A stretch of 64,000 nucleotides of DNA, taken from an uncultured Gemmataceae bacterium (GTDB lineage: Bacteria; Planctomycetota; Planctomycetia; Gemmatales; Gemmataceae). The stretch spans positions 416,001-480,000 of the forward strand of contig CAVVPN010000012.1 of NCBI GenBank assembly GCA_963750165.1, in the 5' to 3' direction. Both the position numbers and the translations under genes were made by a program. Shown here piece by piece: positions 19,257 through 29,742 of this stretch (position 1 is its first letter; each line of letters starts with the position of its first letter). Under the pieces are notes generated by a model, which did no database searches, had not been told where the DNA came from, and saw only the letters and a list, made by a program, of their open reading frames with translations.

Positions 19257-19423
19257 GCTACCTCCGTGGATGGGGTGGGGAGTCCTCCGCTGGTAGCGTA
19301 GCGGAAGAGCGGAACGCCGCCAGTGGAGGAAAGAGGCGCTATGCCCCAAATATCGACGAATCAGCCGGCCGTGCGGATTCAGCACAGGCGAAGTGCAGGG
19401 CGGCTGACGCCGGCGGATCGGGT

Positions 19424-19460
19424 TAAAAGACGAACGGCCGGGCCCATCGGCCCGGCCGTT
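19424..19460 (-). terminator. Intrinsic terminator
   Basis: AACGGCCGGGCC/GGCCCGGCCGTT hairpin followed by CGTCTTTT on the minus strand. Confidence 0.65.
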
Positions 19461-19480
19461 CCGTGGAGTTACCCCGGACC

Positions 19481-19960
19481 TCACTTGAGGGTGACGGGGA
19501 AGTCGTTCGGGCCCTCCTGGATGGTGACGGTCAGCCCGGACCGGTCCACGTCGGCGTACTTCTCCGGAAGCGGGAACCATTTGTCCGCCACGTCCTTCTT
19601 TTTCTTCTCGGCTTCGACCGGCGTGCCTTCTGGTCTGAGGGGTTTTTTCTTCCCCTTGACTTCCTGGGGCGGCGGGAGGTCTGGGTTGGGGTCGGGGCTG
19701 ATGACGGCAATTTTGGCTTCCCCAACGGGGACCGCGAGGACGGTGTACGTCCCGTCGGGTTTGATTTCTCCAGTGCGGGGTTTGTTGTCGCTGCCGACGA
19801 TGACCACCGAGCCGGAAACGACTGGCTTTTTCTGATAGACGACCTTGCCGGAAACGTCCCCGGTGGGCTTGCCGCCGCAACCCAGCAGCACCAGGGCGAG
19901 CACCGGCACGAACGCCCAGCCCAGACGAAGCCACCTGGCCCAACCGAACGAATTGCCCAT
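19481..19960 (-). CDS. Lipoprotein partner of DUF1559 (carboxypeptidase-regulatory-like beta domain)
   Basis: LLGC lipobox, VSGKV, DGTY, VPVG, PEKY..SGL. Confidence 0.85.
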   Translation of the reverse strand: MGNSFGWARWLRLGWAFVPVLALVLLGCGGKPTGDVSGKVVYQKKPVVSGSVVIVGSDNKPRTGEIKPDGTYTVLAVPVGEAKIAVISPDPNPDLPPPQEVKGKKKPLRPEGTPVEAEKKKKDVADKWFPLPEKYADVDRSGLTVTIQEGPNDFPVTLK

Positions 19961-20116
19961 GATGCCCTCGACGGATAAAGACGTGGGGCGACGGGATTAC
20001 CCTGGCGTGGTCCCGGAAGTTCCGACGTTGTGGCGGTGAAAAAACGGCAGCGGGTGGTCGCGGGCGTTCGTCGATGAAGCCCTGCGACCGCCCGCTTACC
20101 GGGTGTGTCAGTGCCG

Positions 20117-20980
20117 TTAATACTGGCTGAGGTCCACGACCTCTCCGCCCTGAATGGTGGCAAGTTTGGGCATAATCAGGGAGGCCGAGTAACTGATGCT
20201 GCGCACCGAGGCGTCGCCGAACGCGAAGTTGCCGCCGCCAGTGTGCGGCGACCACATGGCGTTGAAGCTGCACGGGTTGGTCACGTCCCGCGGGCCAGTC
20301 CCGTAGTACCAGGGCGTCGCCGGGCACGCGCCCCCGGTGGCCGTCGAGTATCCCAGTGAGGTGATGTTGGCCGCGCCAGAGGCCGTGTCGCAGCACGAGG
20401 GGTAATCCCACCAGCCCCAGTACAGGTCGGCGGCCGGATACCGCTCGCCCACCATCAGGGTGTTGCTGGTGCCATCCCGGATCATGATCATGTTCACGAC
20501 CATGACGTTGTTAATCATGCCGACGGTGTTCAGCGTCGAGGAGTAGTAGTCCAGGCCGGCGACCGCCACGTAATCGGTGAGTCCGAAGCCGGCCCCACCC
20601 CAGCCCGTGTACTCCTGCCCGGCGCGCGTCTCATCGGGGCAGAGGAAAATCGGGATTTGCGCCCCGTTATTGTTATTGTTCGAGGAGTTGATCTGGTTGT
20701 AGACATTGTCGCCCTCAACGTACGGCAGCATCATGCCCATCCAGCTCATGGTGTTGTTGCCGAACACCTGCGGGAAGCGTTTGTTCACGCCGTAGTAGTT
20801 GTGCAAGCCGACGCCGATCTGGTGCAGGTTGTTCTGGCACTTGGCGACGTTGGCCGCCTCGCGCACCTTCTGCACAGCGGGCAGGAGCAGGCCGATCAGG
20901 ATGGCGATGATCGCAATCACCACCAGCAACTCGATCAGCGTGAAGCCAATCCGTCGGGGGAGCGCACTCCGGGTAACCAT
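20117..20980 (-). CDS. DUF1559 prepilin-type N-terminal cleavage/methylation protein, copy 1
   Basis: [54 protein letters not shown]. Confidence 0.95.
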   Translation of the reverse strand: MVTRSALPRRIGFTLIELLVVIAIIAILIGLLLPAVQKVREAANVAKCQNNLHQIGVGLHNYYGVNKRFPQVFGNNTMSWMGMMLPYVEGDNVYNQINSSNNNNNGAQIPIFLCPDETRAGQEYTGWGGAGFGLTDYVAVAGLDYYSSTLNTVGMINNVMVVNMIMIRDGTSNTLMVGERYPAADLYWGWWDYPSCCDTASGAANITSLGYSTATGGACPATPWYYGTGPRDVTNPCSFNAMWSPHTGGGNFAFGDASVRSISYSASLIMPKLATIQGGEVVDLSQY

Positions 20981-21218
20981 GTGAGCCTCCGATGACGAAC
21001 AATGAAAAGATAAATCACCCGCAGCCGTCGCGGCTGCCGGCTTCATTTGTTGGGGAGAGGTTGGGCGACGGCTGACTCACTCCGTTCAGGCCCGTGCGAA
21101 CTTCCGTCGAACGAAATGGCTCCTTGCCGGGTTGGGAAGTCCGTTCCAGACGGACGCGAACAAGGAGTCGCCAAAACCACTTCCGCCGCCAGAAAGCGCC
21201 GGGAAGTGGCTGGAAGAT

Positions 21219-21248
21219 AGAGTAAATGCTGGAAGACTCTTCCGTCAA
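21219..21248 (-). promoter_or_regulatory. Sigma70-like promoter of DUF1559 cassette 1
   Basis: TTGACG-N18-TACTCT with upstream T tracts; same layout at 24635-24664. Confidence 0.7.
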
Positions 21249-21392
21249 GTTAAAAAAGGCAAACATGAAAAAAAGATGGGATTCTGAGGGTGACAACAAC
21301 GCCAGGGCCTGAAACCGCGCCGTCCGGAGACGTGTACTGGTGTTCCGCCGGCGCGCGGCGCGGCGCCGCGCGCCCGGCGCGACCCAGAGGTG

Positions 21393-21867
21393 CTACTTCA
21401 GATCGATGTGGTAGACGTTCGGCCCGGGCTCGACCTTGAACGCCAGTTTCGACCGAGTAATGTCCTCGTACGCGGCGGAATGAGGTAAAACTTCGCGAGC
21501 GGGTCCGCGCCGGGAGGACCGGTATCTTGGTGCTTTTCGTATTCCCTCGGGACTTCTGCTGGTCGGCCAGTTGCCGGGTGTAGGTTTCGAGCTTCGGGTC
21601 CACGCACGCCACGGTGAATTTGGCGTCCCCGACCGGGACGCTGGCGAACGTGTAGGCGCCGTCGGTCTCGATTTTGGCGTCGAAAAACTGGCCGTTGCCG
21701 GCCTGTAACTTGACCCAACCGAACGGCAGCGCCTTGTTCTTGTAGGTGACCCTGCCGCTCAGGCTGCCCGTGGACGGGCCGCAGCCGACCAGGCCAGCCA
21801 CCACCGTGGCGAATAGCAACCAGCGCAGGGCCGGGCCCCCCGCGTGTGAGGATCGAGTGGAAAGCAC
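21393..21867 (-). CDS. Lipoprotein partner of DUF1559 copy 2; two frameshifts near 21515 and 21475
   Basis: GTG start after GGAG; LVGC, LSGRV, DGAY, VPVG; ends GPNVYHIDLK-TAG. Confidence 0.8.
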
Positions 21868-21901
21868 GTTAAGTTCTCCAAAAAGCCTGTCGAGGGTTCG
21901 C

Positions 21902-22765
21902 TCACTCATACGAATTGGGGTCCACGACTTCCTTGCCGTTGCGCGTGGCCAGCGGCACGAGGGCCGCCGCGCCGCTGTAGGGGATGAAGCGCACCGAGGC
22001 GTCGCCGAAGGCCCAGTTGGCACCGCCGCTGTGCATGCTCCAGAAGTGCAGGCTGTCACAGGTATTACCCAGGCTGCCCCTGGCGAACAGGTTCGGCGAC
22101 GGACAGCCCCCATACGCGGGGTAGTTCGTCTGCGTGGCGAGCAGGTTGTCGTAGTCGCTGTAGGCCCACCAGCCCCACTGCAAGTCGGCGCTCGGCGGCC
22201 GCTCCCCCAGCATGACCGTGTTGCTGGTGCCGTCGCGGATGTCCGTCAGACGAATGCCCGTCTGGCTGGTGTCGAAAATGCCGTCGGTCGGCCCGGTGCC
22301 AATGTTGTAGGTGGTGCCGATCACGCCCAGATAGTCGATCAGGCCGAAGCTGCCGGTCGCGCCGCCCACGGTGCCGCTGAAGGAGCCGTTACTGAGCGGG
22401 TCCGCGGGGCACAGCAGCATGGGTACCTGCTGGCCGGACGCCTGGTTGAAGTTGTTGATGGTGAGGTTTTTCAGGTTGTCTTGCTCGACGTAAGGCAGGG
22501 TGGAGTAGACCCAACTTTTGGGGCAGGTGAAGCAACTCAGGGTATCACGGGGCGGCGGCAGTCGTTTGAACTGGTCGTGGTAATTGTGCAGGCCCGTGGC
22601 CAGCTGCTTGAGGTTGTTCTTACACTGGGTGTTGGCGGCGGCGTCGCGGACCTTCTGCACCGCGGGCAGCAGCAGGCCAATCAGGATGGCAATAATCGCA
22701 ATGACGACGAGCAGTTCGATGAGCGTGAACGCGGAACGCCGGGGGTCGAAACGCGATGGGGCCAT
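21902..22765 (-). CDS. DUF1559 prepilin-type protein, copy 2
   Basis: [30 protein letters not shown]. Confidence 0.95.
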   Translation of the reverse strand: MAPSRFDPRRSAFTLIELLVVIAIIAILIGLLLPAVQKVRDAAANTQCKNNLKQLATGLHNYHDQFKRLPPPRDTLSCFTCPKSWVYSTLPYVEQDNLKNLTINNFNQASGQQVPMLLCPADPLSNGSFSGTVGGATGSFGLIDYLGVIGTTYNIGTGPTDGIFDTSQTGIRLTDIRDGTSNTVMLGERPPSADLQWGWWAYSDYDNLLATQTNYPAYGGCPSPNLFARGSLGNTCDSLHFWSMHSGGANWAFGDASVRFIPYSGAAALVPLATRNGKEVVDPNSYE

Positions 22766-22994
22766 GAAACCTCCAGAGAGAAACGAGATACGGTAGGACC
22801 TCCGCCCGCCGGTCTGGCGGCGGCGGGCTTCAGCGGCGGCGGGTTCCGGTACGGTGTGGGCGGCGCGGCCACATCTTACCGGAATTACATATAAACATAG
22901 GTCACGAGAACCGGCGAGGACGGGCCAGCCGCGAAATCAGTTTCCGATCAATCGAAACCGGGAACTGCTTTCCCAGCCGCCAGCGCGCATCGCG

Positions 22995-23045
22995 ACTGGG
23001 TAGCGGAAGTCTGGCGACTTCCGCTACACCCAGTTGCAAACTGCT
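22995..23045. repeat. Collapsed GTAG REP palindrome with GCAAACTGCT end
   Basis: GTAGCGGAAGTCTGGCGACTTCCGCTAC; abuts the stop codon at 23046-23048. Confidence 0.8.
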
Positions 23046-23484
23046 TTAATCAGCGGTGAGGTCGATATTGAAGGTGGTTTCCGGGCCGTCAACCGTGACG
23101 CGCAAGGAAGAGGAATTGGGGTCGTTATAGCGGGACGGAAAGGCGTTCATGGGGGGAGGGCTCTTGAATTCCTTGGGCGCGCCGGCTTTGCGCCGTGTTG
23201 ACCTGCTCCAGGTAGGCGCGGTATTCCGGCGATTCCCTGTACACCGTCACCAGGTGCTCGCCGTACGGCACGTCTTTGACGGTATAGGTGCCGTCGCTCT
23301 GGATGTTGACGAACAGCGGACGACCGTCCTTGCTGTGCAGGGTGACCTGGCCGGCCGTGACGGGCTGCTCCTTAAAAGTGACCTTCCCGGAGACGGTCCC
23401 GGTAGGCGACCCCCCCCCACAGCCGGCCAGGCCAAGACTGAGCACACAGGCGAGGAACACCGAACACCGACGGACAACGTGCAT
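23046..23484 (-). CDS. Lipoprotein partner of DUF1559 copy 3; frameshift(s) at about 23130-23200
   Basis: LAGC, VSGKV, DGTY, VPYG; ends DPNSSSLRVTVDGPETTFNIDLTAD-TAA. Confidence 0.8.
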
Positions 23485-23532
23485 GAAAAATCCCCTTACT
23501 CGATCCGAAAAACCAGGCCCCGTGGCGTGGAC

Positions 23533-24391
23533 TTATTCGGGGTCGTTGAACGCTTCCCTGCCCGCGCGTGTCGCCATCATTTCAATGAGCGTGGGCGGCG
23601 TCCCCTGAGCGATGGCGTAGGTGTAAAACCGCACTGAACCGTCGCCCATCAGGAAGTTGGCGCCGCCGCTGTGCAGGCTATAGGGGGCGTTGAACGCACA
23701 GTTGTCCAGGACATTCCCCGGTTTGAAAATCGCGGGGACCGGGCAAGAGCCGTTCAGGCCCGTGCTGTAGGTCAAGGACATGGTGCTGCGCGCCGGCGTC
23801 CGGTTGTCCGCCCAGTATTCGGAATCCCACCAGCCCCACAGGCCGTCCGACGCGGGCGGCCGTTCCACCACCATGATGGTGTTGCTGGTGCCATCAACCA
23901 CCGAACTGAGTCGCACCGGGATGCCGGCCACCAACATGCCCCCGGAGTCCGGCGGTGGGGATCCCGCGAAGGGCTGGTTAAAATTGGCGCTGGACATGGC
24001 GGCGTACCAGGTGACGCCGTTGCCGGGGTAATAGAAATCACCGCGGCTGTCCATCGGACACCAGACGAAGTCTTGCGCTGGCCCGGAGGGCGTTTTGCTG
24101 TTCCAGGTAGGGGGCGATGTCCCGCAGCCAGGCCGTCCAGTAGGGGGCGGACGACCCGGCCGATTGTTGGCTGTTCCCGTATGGGAGATACTTGGTGGTG
24201 GTGTGGAAGTTGTGAATGGCGACGCCGATCTGTTTCATCTTGTTCTGGCATTGCGCGCGCAGGGCGGCCTCGCGCACCTTCTGCACGGCGGGCAGGAGCA
24301 GGCCGATGAGGATGGCGATGATGGCGATCACCACCAACAGTTCAATCAGCGTGAAACCGCTCGCACGGGGGACGGGGGGGCGGAATTTCAT
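23533..24391 (-). CDS. DUF1559 prepilin-type protein, copy 3; frameshift at about 24060-24090
   Basis: [10 protein letters not shown] in frame 24535; DGTSNT and [14 protein letters not shown] in frame 24054. Confidence 0.9.
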
Positions 24392-24634
24392 GCAGACCTC
24401 CGGGTACAACAAAAATAATACCTCGAACCCGCAGCCAGGATAGCCGCGCGTTTCATCGCGATGCGGCGGGTTGGGTCTCGTCAGGTGCAGAGTTGGTTGG
24501 TCCCGTGAGCGCCTCCCGCCAATAAGCACGAGCACACCAACCCCGTTCCAGGGATGACGGACGACCAGTCAGGAGAGTAGATTTTGGAACCCTTCGACCG
24601 AGCCCAGAGTGGCGCTCGAACGAGTGGTGGAGAT

Positions 24635-24664
24635 AGAGTAGGAAGAAAATGCCACGTCCGTCAA
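24635..24664 (-). promoter_or_regulatory. Sigma70-like promoter of DUF1559 cassette 3
   Basis: TTGACG-N18-TACTCT with upstream T tracts. Confidence 0.7.
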
Positions 24665-24765
24665 GGAAAAAATGAAAAGAATGAGAAATGCAAATGAGCT
24701 GTCAGCGAGTAATCTTCGCGAGAAAACCCGCGGGCAGGTGTTCCCGGCGTGGCGGTGGCGTGGGG

Positions 24766-25170
24766 TCAATGGAGGGGGTCGAAGCGGTGGGACAGGCGAC
24801 GGCTGTTGATGTCGAGGGATTCGAGGATTTCGAGGACGGCGGCCATCGGAATGCCCCAGTCGAGGGCCCACTGCAGGATGTCGAGGTTTTCCTGGCCGGA
24901 CTTGAGGCGATCGAGAATGCGGTCGAGCAGAAGGGCATTGTCCTGGAAGCGCTGCCGCAACAGGCCGAAGTCGCCGCGGTCGAGTTCGACCCAGAAGCGC
25001 TTGCCCTGCAGGTGCTCCAGCCAGCGGGCTCGCAGGTAGCCCCACCAGTGACACTGCACCCAGCGACGGATCGCGGCCTCGCCCAGGTCCCGACCCGCCT
25101 TCTCGCTCTCGATCCATTTGAACTGTGCCGCTTCCTGCTCGCAGTCCTGGTAGACGCTGACTTTGTCCAT
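24766..25170 (-). CDS. Hypothetical protein (DUF4032-like KW..SEKAGRDLG motif)
   Basis: KWIESEKAGRDLGEAAIRRW; 134 aa. Confidence 0.7.
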   Translation of the reverse strand: MDKVSVYQDCEQEAAQFKWIESEKAGRDLGEAAIRRWVQCHWWGYLRARWLEHLQGKRFWVELDRGDFGLLRQRFQDNALLLDRILDRLKSGQENLDILQWALDWGIPMAAVLEILESLDINSRRLSHRFDPLH

Positions 25171-25376
25171 TGTCCCTACCCTCGGGCGAGCTATCAAGTA
25201 CCGTGAAGATTATAGCACAGGCCGCCCCGCAGCGTCCAATGCCATTTGCCCGGGTACGCCGACGCGGATTTCTTACTTGCTGCCCGCGCGGCGGTGCGGT
25301 ACTGTGCAATCAGTCACGCGAGCGTTGCCCACGGAGCCGGTTGCGCGGGACGGAGACGGATCAGTAGGGGGACGTT

Positions 25377-26321
25377 GTGACCATTCGCACCTTTCAACCG
25401 GGGGACGAGGCTGCCCAGGTCGCGCTGTACAACGCGGCGGCGGCCGAGTTACCCCGGTTCAAGCCAGCCACCCTCGTCGAGGTCAAGCGCCGCACCAGCG
25501 CGAGCGACTTCGACCCCGGTCAGCGCTTCTTCGCGACCGACGCCCAGGGCGAGGTGGTCGGCTACGTCGTCGCCAACGCCAACGGGCGGGTCAGTTACCC
25601 GTGGTGCCGGGCCGGTCACGAAGACCAGGCCGAGCCGCTGTTCACCGCGGCCCTGGAGGCTCTGCGTCAAGCTGGCCACCGTCGCGCCTTCGCCGCCTAC
25701 CGCGCCGACTGGGGCCGTGTCCTGGACTTCTTCAAGACCAACGGCTTCGCCGTCGCCCGGGAGATGGTCAATTTCTACCTCGACGTGGTGGACATGCCGA
25801 CGGTCTCGCACCGCCCCAGCAGCCCGATCACGCCAGTGACGCCGGCCGACCTGCCGACGCTGCGCGAGTTGGGCCGCGGCGTGCTGCGCTTCGACGAGCC
25901 GGCCCGGCTGGTGGAGTACCTGTTCCGCAACCCATACTTCCCGCCGGACTCCATCGTGGCGCTGCGGCAGCGCGGCATCGGGGCGCCGCTGGCCTTTGGC
26001 CTGCTGGTGCGCGACGCGACCTACGCCGACGCGCGGCAGCTGGACGCCCAGATGCCGTGCTTCCGCCTGGGAGCGTTCGGCACCGAGGGGATGCAAACCA
26101 AGCGCGTCCGCGGCCTGTTCAGCGTGCTGGGCCGGGCCGACAACCAGTTCAACGCCCTGGCGCTGGACCTGCTCGGCCACGCGGCGCAACGGCTGCAGCA
26201 CGAGGATGATTTCGACTGCCTGGCCGCTCAGGTGCCCTCGGACGCGCCGCACCTGCTGCGCTTCTTCCAGCACACGTTCCGCCGCCAGGGCAGCTTCCCG
26301 GTGCTGGAACGCGACCTGTGA
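25377..26321 (+). CDS. GNAT-fold-like hypothetical protein
   Basis: IRTFQPGDE N-terminus, EVVGYV, FFKTNGF. Confidence 0.65.
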   Translation: MTIRTFQPGDEAAQVALYNAAAAELPRFKPATLVEVKRRTSASDFDPGQRFFATDAQGEVVGYVVANANGRVSYPWCRAGHEDQAEPLFTAALEALRQAGHRRAFAAYRADWGRVLDFFKTNGFAVAREMVNFYLDVVDMPTVSHRPSSPITPVTPADLPTLRELGRGVLRFDEPARLVEYLFRNPYFPPDSIVALRQRGIGAPLAFGLLVRDATYADARQLDAQMPCFRLGAFGTEGMQTKRVRGLFSVLGRADNQFNALALDLLGHAAQRLQHEDDFDCLAAQVPSDAPHLLRFFQHTFRRQGSFPVLERDL

Positions 26322-26389
26322 CCTTGCTTCATTGATGGTTTCGCGCTCATGAGCGCGAAACCACACATGAGGAACGATGGGGAACCGCC

Positions 26390-27556
26390 ATGTCCTTCGC
26401 CGCCGCGCTGTCCACCGAGGCCGCCACGAGTCAGGCGCTGGACGACGTTTGCACCCGGGCCGACGTGGACGGGCCGCCGGACCTGGCCCTGCTGTTTTAC
26501 TCGCCGCACCACGCCGCCAGCATCGACGCGACCGTGGCGGCGCTGCACCGGCGGCTGGCGCCGCGCTGTTTGCTGGGCTGTCCCGGCGAGGCCATCGTCG
26601 GCAACGACCGCGAGATCGAGGACGCGCCGGCGCTGAGCCTGTGGCTGGGCCGCTGGCCGCGGTCGGTGCAGCTGACGCCGTTCCACCTGACGCTGACGCA
26701 CACCTCCGAGGGCCCCAGTCTGCTGGGCTGGCCGGACGAGCTGGAAACCGCGGACGCCGGCGCGTCCGTGATGCTGTTGCTGGGCGACCCCTTCTCGTTC
26801 CCGGCAGACGGCTTCCTGCACCAGATCAACGAGGACCGCCCGGGGCTGCGCGTGGTCGGCGGCATGGGCAGCGGCGTCCGCGGGCCGGGCCAGTGCGGTC
26901 TGATCCACGGCGGCCAGGTGGTGCGTGAGGGGGCGGTCGGCGTGCTGTTGCAGGGGCCGGTACGGGTGCGCAGCGTCGTGTCGCAGGGCTGCCGGCCGGT
27001 CGGCCGCCACCTGGTCATCACCCGCGCCCGGGACAACGTCATCCTGGAGCTGGGCGGCAAGCCGGCGCTGGCGCAACTGCAACAGTTGTGGCAGGAGCTG
27101 TCGCCGGAGGAGCGCGAACTGCTCCAGGAGGGGCTGCACGTCGGCGTGGTCATCAACGAGTATCAGGGCGAGTTCCAGCGCGGCGATTTTTTGGTGCGCA
27201 ACGTCATCGGCATGGACCGCGGCTCCGGAGCGCTGGCAATCACGGATCGGGTGCGTGTCGGCCAGACGGTGCAGTTCCACGTGCGCGACGCGGCCACGGC
27301 GGACGAGGATTTGCACGCGCTGCTGCAGATCGACCTGAGCGCCCACGAGCAGCGGCCGGCGGCGGCGCTGCTGTTCAGCTGTAACGGCCGGGGCACGCGG
27401 CTGTTCCCGCAACCGGACCATGACGCGACGGTAATTCGGGCGGAGGCGGGACCGGTGCCGCTGGCGGGATTTTTTGCGCAGGGCGAACTGGGGCCGGTCG
27501 GCGGGCAGAATTTCCTGCATGGTTTCACCGCGAGCGTGGTGCTGTTCGAGGAGTGA
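26390..27556 (+). CDS. FIST N/C domain protein
   Basis: VSQGCRPVG, FLVRNVIG, QFHVRDA, FSCNGRG, GFFAQGELGP. Confidence 0.93.
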   Translation: MSFAAALSTEAATSQALDDVCTRADVDGPPDLALLFYSPHHAASIDATVAALHRRLAPRCLLGCPGEAIVGNDREIEDAPALSLWLGRWPRSVQLTPFHLTLTHTSEGPSLLGWPDELETADAGASVMLLLGDPFSFPADGFLHQINEDRPGLRVVGGMGSGVRGPGQCGLIHGGQVVREGAVGVLLQGPVRVRSVVSQGCRPVGRHLVITRARDNVILELGGKPALAQLQQLWQELSPEERELLQEGLHVGVVINEYQGEFQRGDFLVRNVIGMDRGSGALAITDRVRVGQTVQFHVRDAATADEDLHALLQIDLSAHEQRPAAALLFSCNGRGTRLFPQPDHDATVIRAEAGPVPLAGFFAQGELGPVGGQNFLHGFTASVVLFEE

Positions 27557-27561
27557 TGGAG

Positions 27562-27929
27562 ATGCCGTTTACCATTGAAGTCGAGCAGGGAGCGGACCAT
27601 CACGATAACGTTGGCGAGGCGGTACATCATGTTTACAGTAAGCCTCGGTGAAGTCGATGATTATTTCTCGGCGCGGGGCAACGATTACTGGGGTATGACC
27701 TGAAGCGGCCTGCTCGGCTTTGGGAGGACAACACCGATTGCGGGTTCTGGTTCTGGGACCGCTGGGGCGAGGTGGTGTTGATGGGTGCCGAAACGGAGGT
27801 TGCTGCCTGGCACGCGGCGTGGAGTTCACGGACCCAATCACCGACCAGGGCTTCGGGCTCGTGACGTTTTTCAAGATGCCGGGCGACTTCAAGGTGATGC
27901 TCTACCAGCCGCGCTACGGCAAGAAGTAG
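27562..27929 (+). pseudogene. Patchwork of gene remnants: HicB-like N-terminus and VOC/glyoxalase C-terminus
   Basis: MPFTIEVEQ at 27562; RGVEFTDPITDQGFGLVTFFKMPGDFKVMLYQPRYGKK at about 27813-27929 with no matching N-terminus. Confidence 0.5.
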
Positions 27930-28163
27930 GGAATCTACGCTCCCCCTGGGCCGGAGGGGGTGTCTGAGAGATGAGATGAGATGAGACGAAAGCCCTCCCT
28001 GGCACCTATCTTCATTATACCGCCCAGCCCGCTTCCGGGGAATCGCTCGCGCCGGAGTCACTGGCGTTCGCAGCCGGCCTTGCTCGCGGCGCCTCTCCCG
28101 CCGTATGATCTTCTCCATTCCGCGAGCACCGCGCTCGCCGTTTCCCCGATCAGGAGTCCTCGC

Positions 28164-29648
28164 ATGACGCGCCGCTGTCTGCTGTTGTCCGCCGTCCTGT
28201 TCGTCCTGCTCGGCTTTCAGGCCGCGCCGCTGTCGTCGCAGGAAAAGCCGACGCGGCTTGAACTGACCGACAAGGACATTGATGCGTCGCTCGGTGTCGA
28301 GTGGTACGGCCTGTACTTCCAGGACAAGAAGATTGGCTGGCTCAAGACCGACCGCAGCAAGCAGGGCACCGGTAAGGACGCCACTTTTCGCGACGCCGCC
28401 GAGCTGGAAATGAAGTTGGTGACGATGGGTCAGAAGATCGAGTTGAAAAGTGTGCAGGTGTTGGAGTACGAGGCTGCCCCGCCCTACCGCCTGCACCGCG
28501 GCGAATTCTCACAATCGGACGGCAAGGTCAAACAGCATATCCTGCTCACGGCCAACAAGGGCGGTTACGACGTGACCATCCGCACCGGCAACGCGAAACA
28601 ACGGAAGCAACTGCCGGCCATCGAGCACACGCTGGAGGATGCCCTGACCGCGGAGGTCTGGCTGCGCCGCCAGCCGAAGGCCGGCGCCATCATCGTCCGC
28701 GATTTCGACCTGGAAAGCCTCAAGGTCGAACTGAGCACTTACAAACTGCTGGCGACCAAGGAGAGCCTGGTGAACGGCGTCAAGGTGGTCTTCCACGAGC
28801 TGTCGAACTTTAGCCACAAGGCGAAGATCACGACGCTGCAGCGGCACGACGACAGGGGCCGCATGATCTCCGGCAAGATCGTGGATGTGTTCGAGATGCG
28901 CCGCGAGAGCGAGGCGCAGGCCAGGAACACCACCTACAGCGCCGACATCTTCGTGATGGGCATGGCCAGGGTGGATCGGCCGCTCGGCCGCACGCAGCAG
29001 GTCACGGCCCTGGTGCTCCGGGCGGAGGGCAAGAACCTCGACCAGGTCATCAAGCCGGGACCGCGGCAGCAGGTAACGGTCAACAAGGACAACAGCCTGA
29101 CGATCAAGCTCGGCGCGAAATACGCGGCGCCCGTCAAGGCGACGGCGGCCGAGATCAAGGAAGCGCTGGAGGACACGGTGGCGTACCCGATCACGGACGC
29201 CCGGGTCAAGGCGCTGGCGGCCCGTGCGGTCGGCGACGCCAAAACGCCGCGCGCGAAGGTCGAGAAGCTGGCCCGCTTCACGCACGACTACATCCGGCCG
29301 TCGCTGTCCACGACGCTGCCGAAATTGCTGGACCTGCTGGACCGCAAGACGGGCGACTGCAAGTCGTATGCGTTGCTGTTCAACACGCTGGCGCGGACGG
29401 TGGGGGTGCCGGCGCGCGAGGTGGCGGGACTGGTGTACATGGGCGACGGCGTCAAGGCGTTCGGCGGCCACGCCTGGAACGAGGTGGTGCTGGACGGCGT
29501 CTGGGTGCCGGTGGACGCCTCGCTGCCCGAAACCGATCTGGACGCGGCGCACCTGCGGCTGGGCATCGAACAGGAGGCCATCGCCAACACCGCCACCACG
29601 ATGGGCCGCCTGTTGCTGCGCGTCATCGACGTGGAGACGCGGAAGTGA
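28164..29648 (+). CDS. Secreted transglutaminase-like domain protein
   Basis: Signal peptide; GDCKSYA, HAWNEV, WVPVD triad; AGGAG RBS. Confidence 0.9.
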   Translation: MTRRCLLLSAVLFVLLGFQAAPLSSQEKPTRLELTDKDIDASLGVEWYGLYFQDKKIGWLKTDRSKQGTGKDATFRDAAELEMKLVTMGQKIELKSVQVLEYEAAPPYRLHRGEFSQSDGKVKQHILLTANKGGYDVTIRTGNAKQRKQLPAIEHTLEDALTAEVWLRRQPKAGAIIVRDFDLESLKVELSTYKLLATKESLVNGVKVVFHELSNFSHKAKITTLQRHDDRGRMISGKIVDVFEMRRESEAQARNTTYSADIFVMGMARVDRPLGRTQQVTALVLRAEGKNLDQVIKPGPRQQVTVNKDNSLTIKLGAKYAAPVKATAAEIKEALEDTVAYPITDARVKALAARAVGDAKTPRAKVEKLARFTHDYIRPSLSTTLPKLLDLLDRKTGDCKSYALLFNTLARTVGVPAREVAGLVYMGDGVKAFGGHAWNEVVLDGVWVPVDASLPETDLDAAHLRLGIEQEAIANTATTMGRLLLRVIDVETRK

Positions 29649-29650
29649 TC

Positions 29651-29704
29651 GGAGCCCGAGCGCCAGCGCGGGGCAAAGTCTGCCCCGCGCTGGCGCTCGG
29701 GCTC
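29651..29704. repeat. REP-like palindrome between convergent genes
   Basis: GGAGCCCGAGCGCCAGCGCGGGGCA..TGCCCCGCGCTGGCGCTCGGGCTC. Confidence 0.85.
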
Positions 29705-29742
29705 GGACGGGGCTCGGGCTCGGATTGAGACGCGCTGCGGTG

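Noticed and set aside
19257..20411. 1033-aa version of the second WD40 ORF
   Set aside because: The extension overlaps two real genes; RBS, signal peptide and paralogue length support a start at 19256
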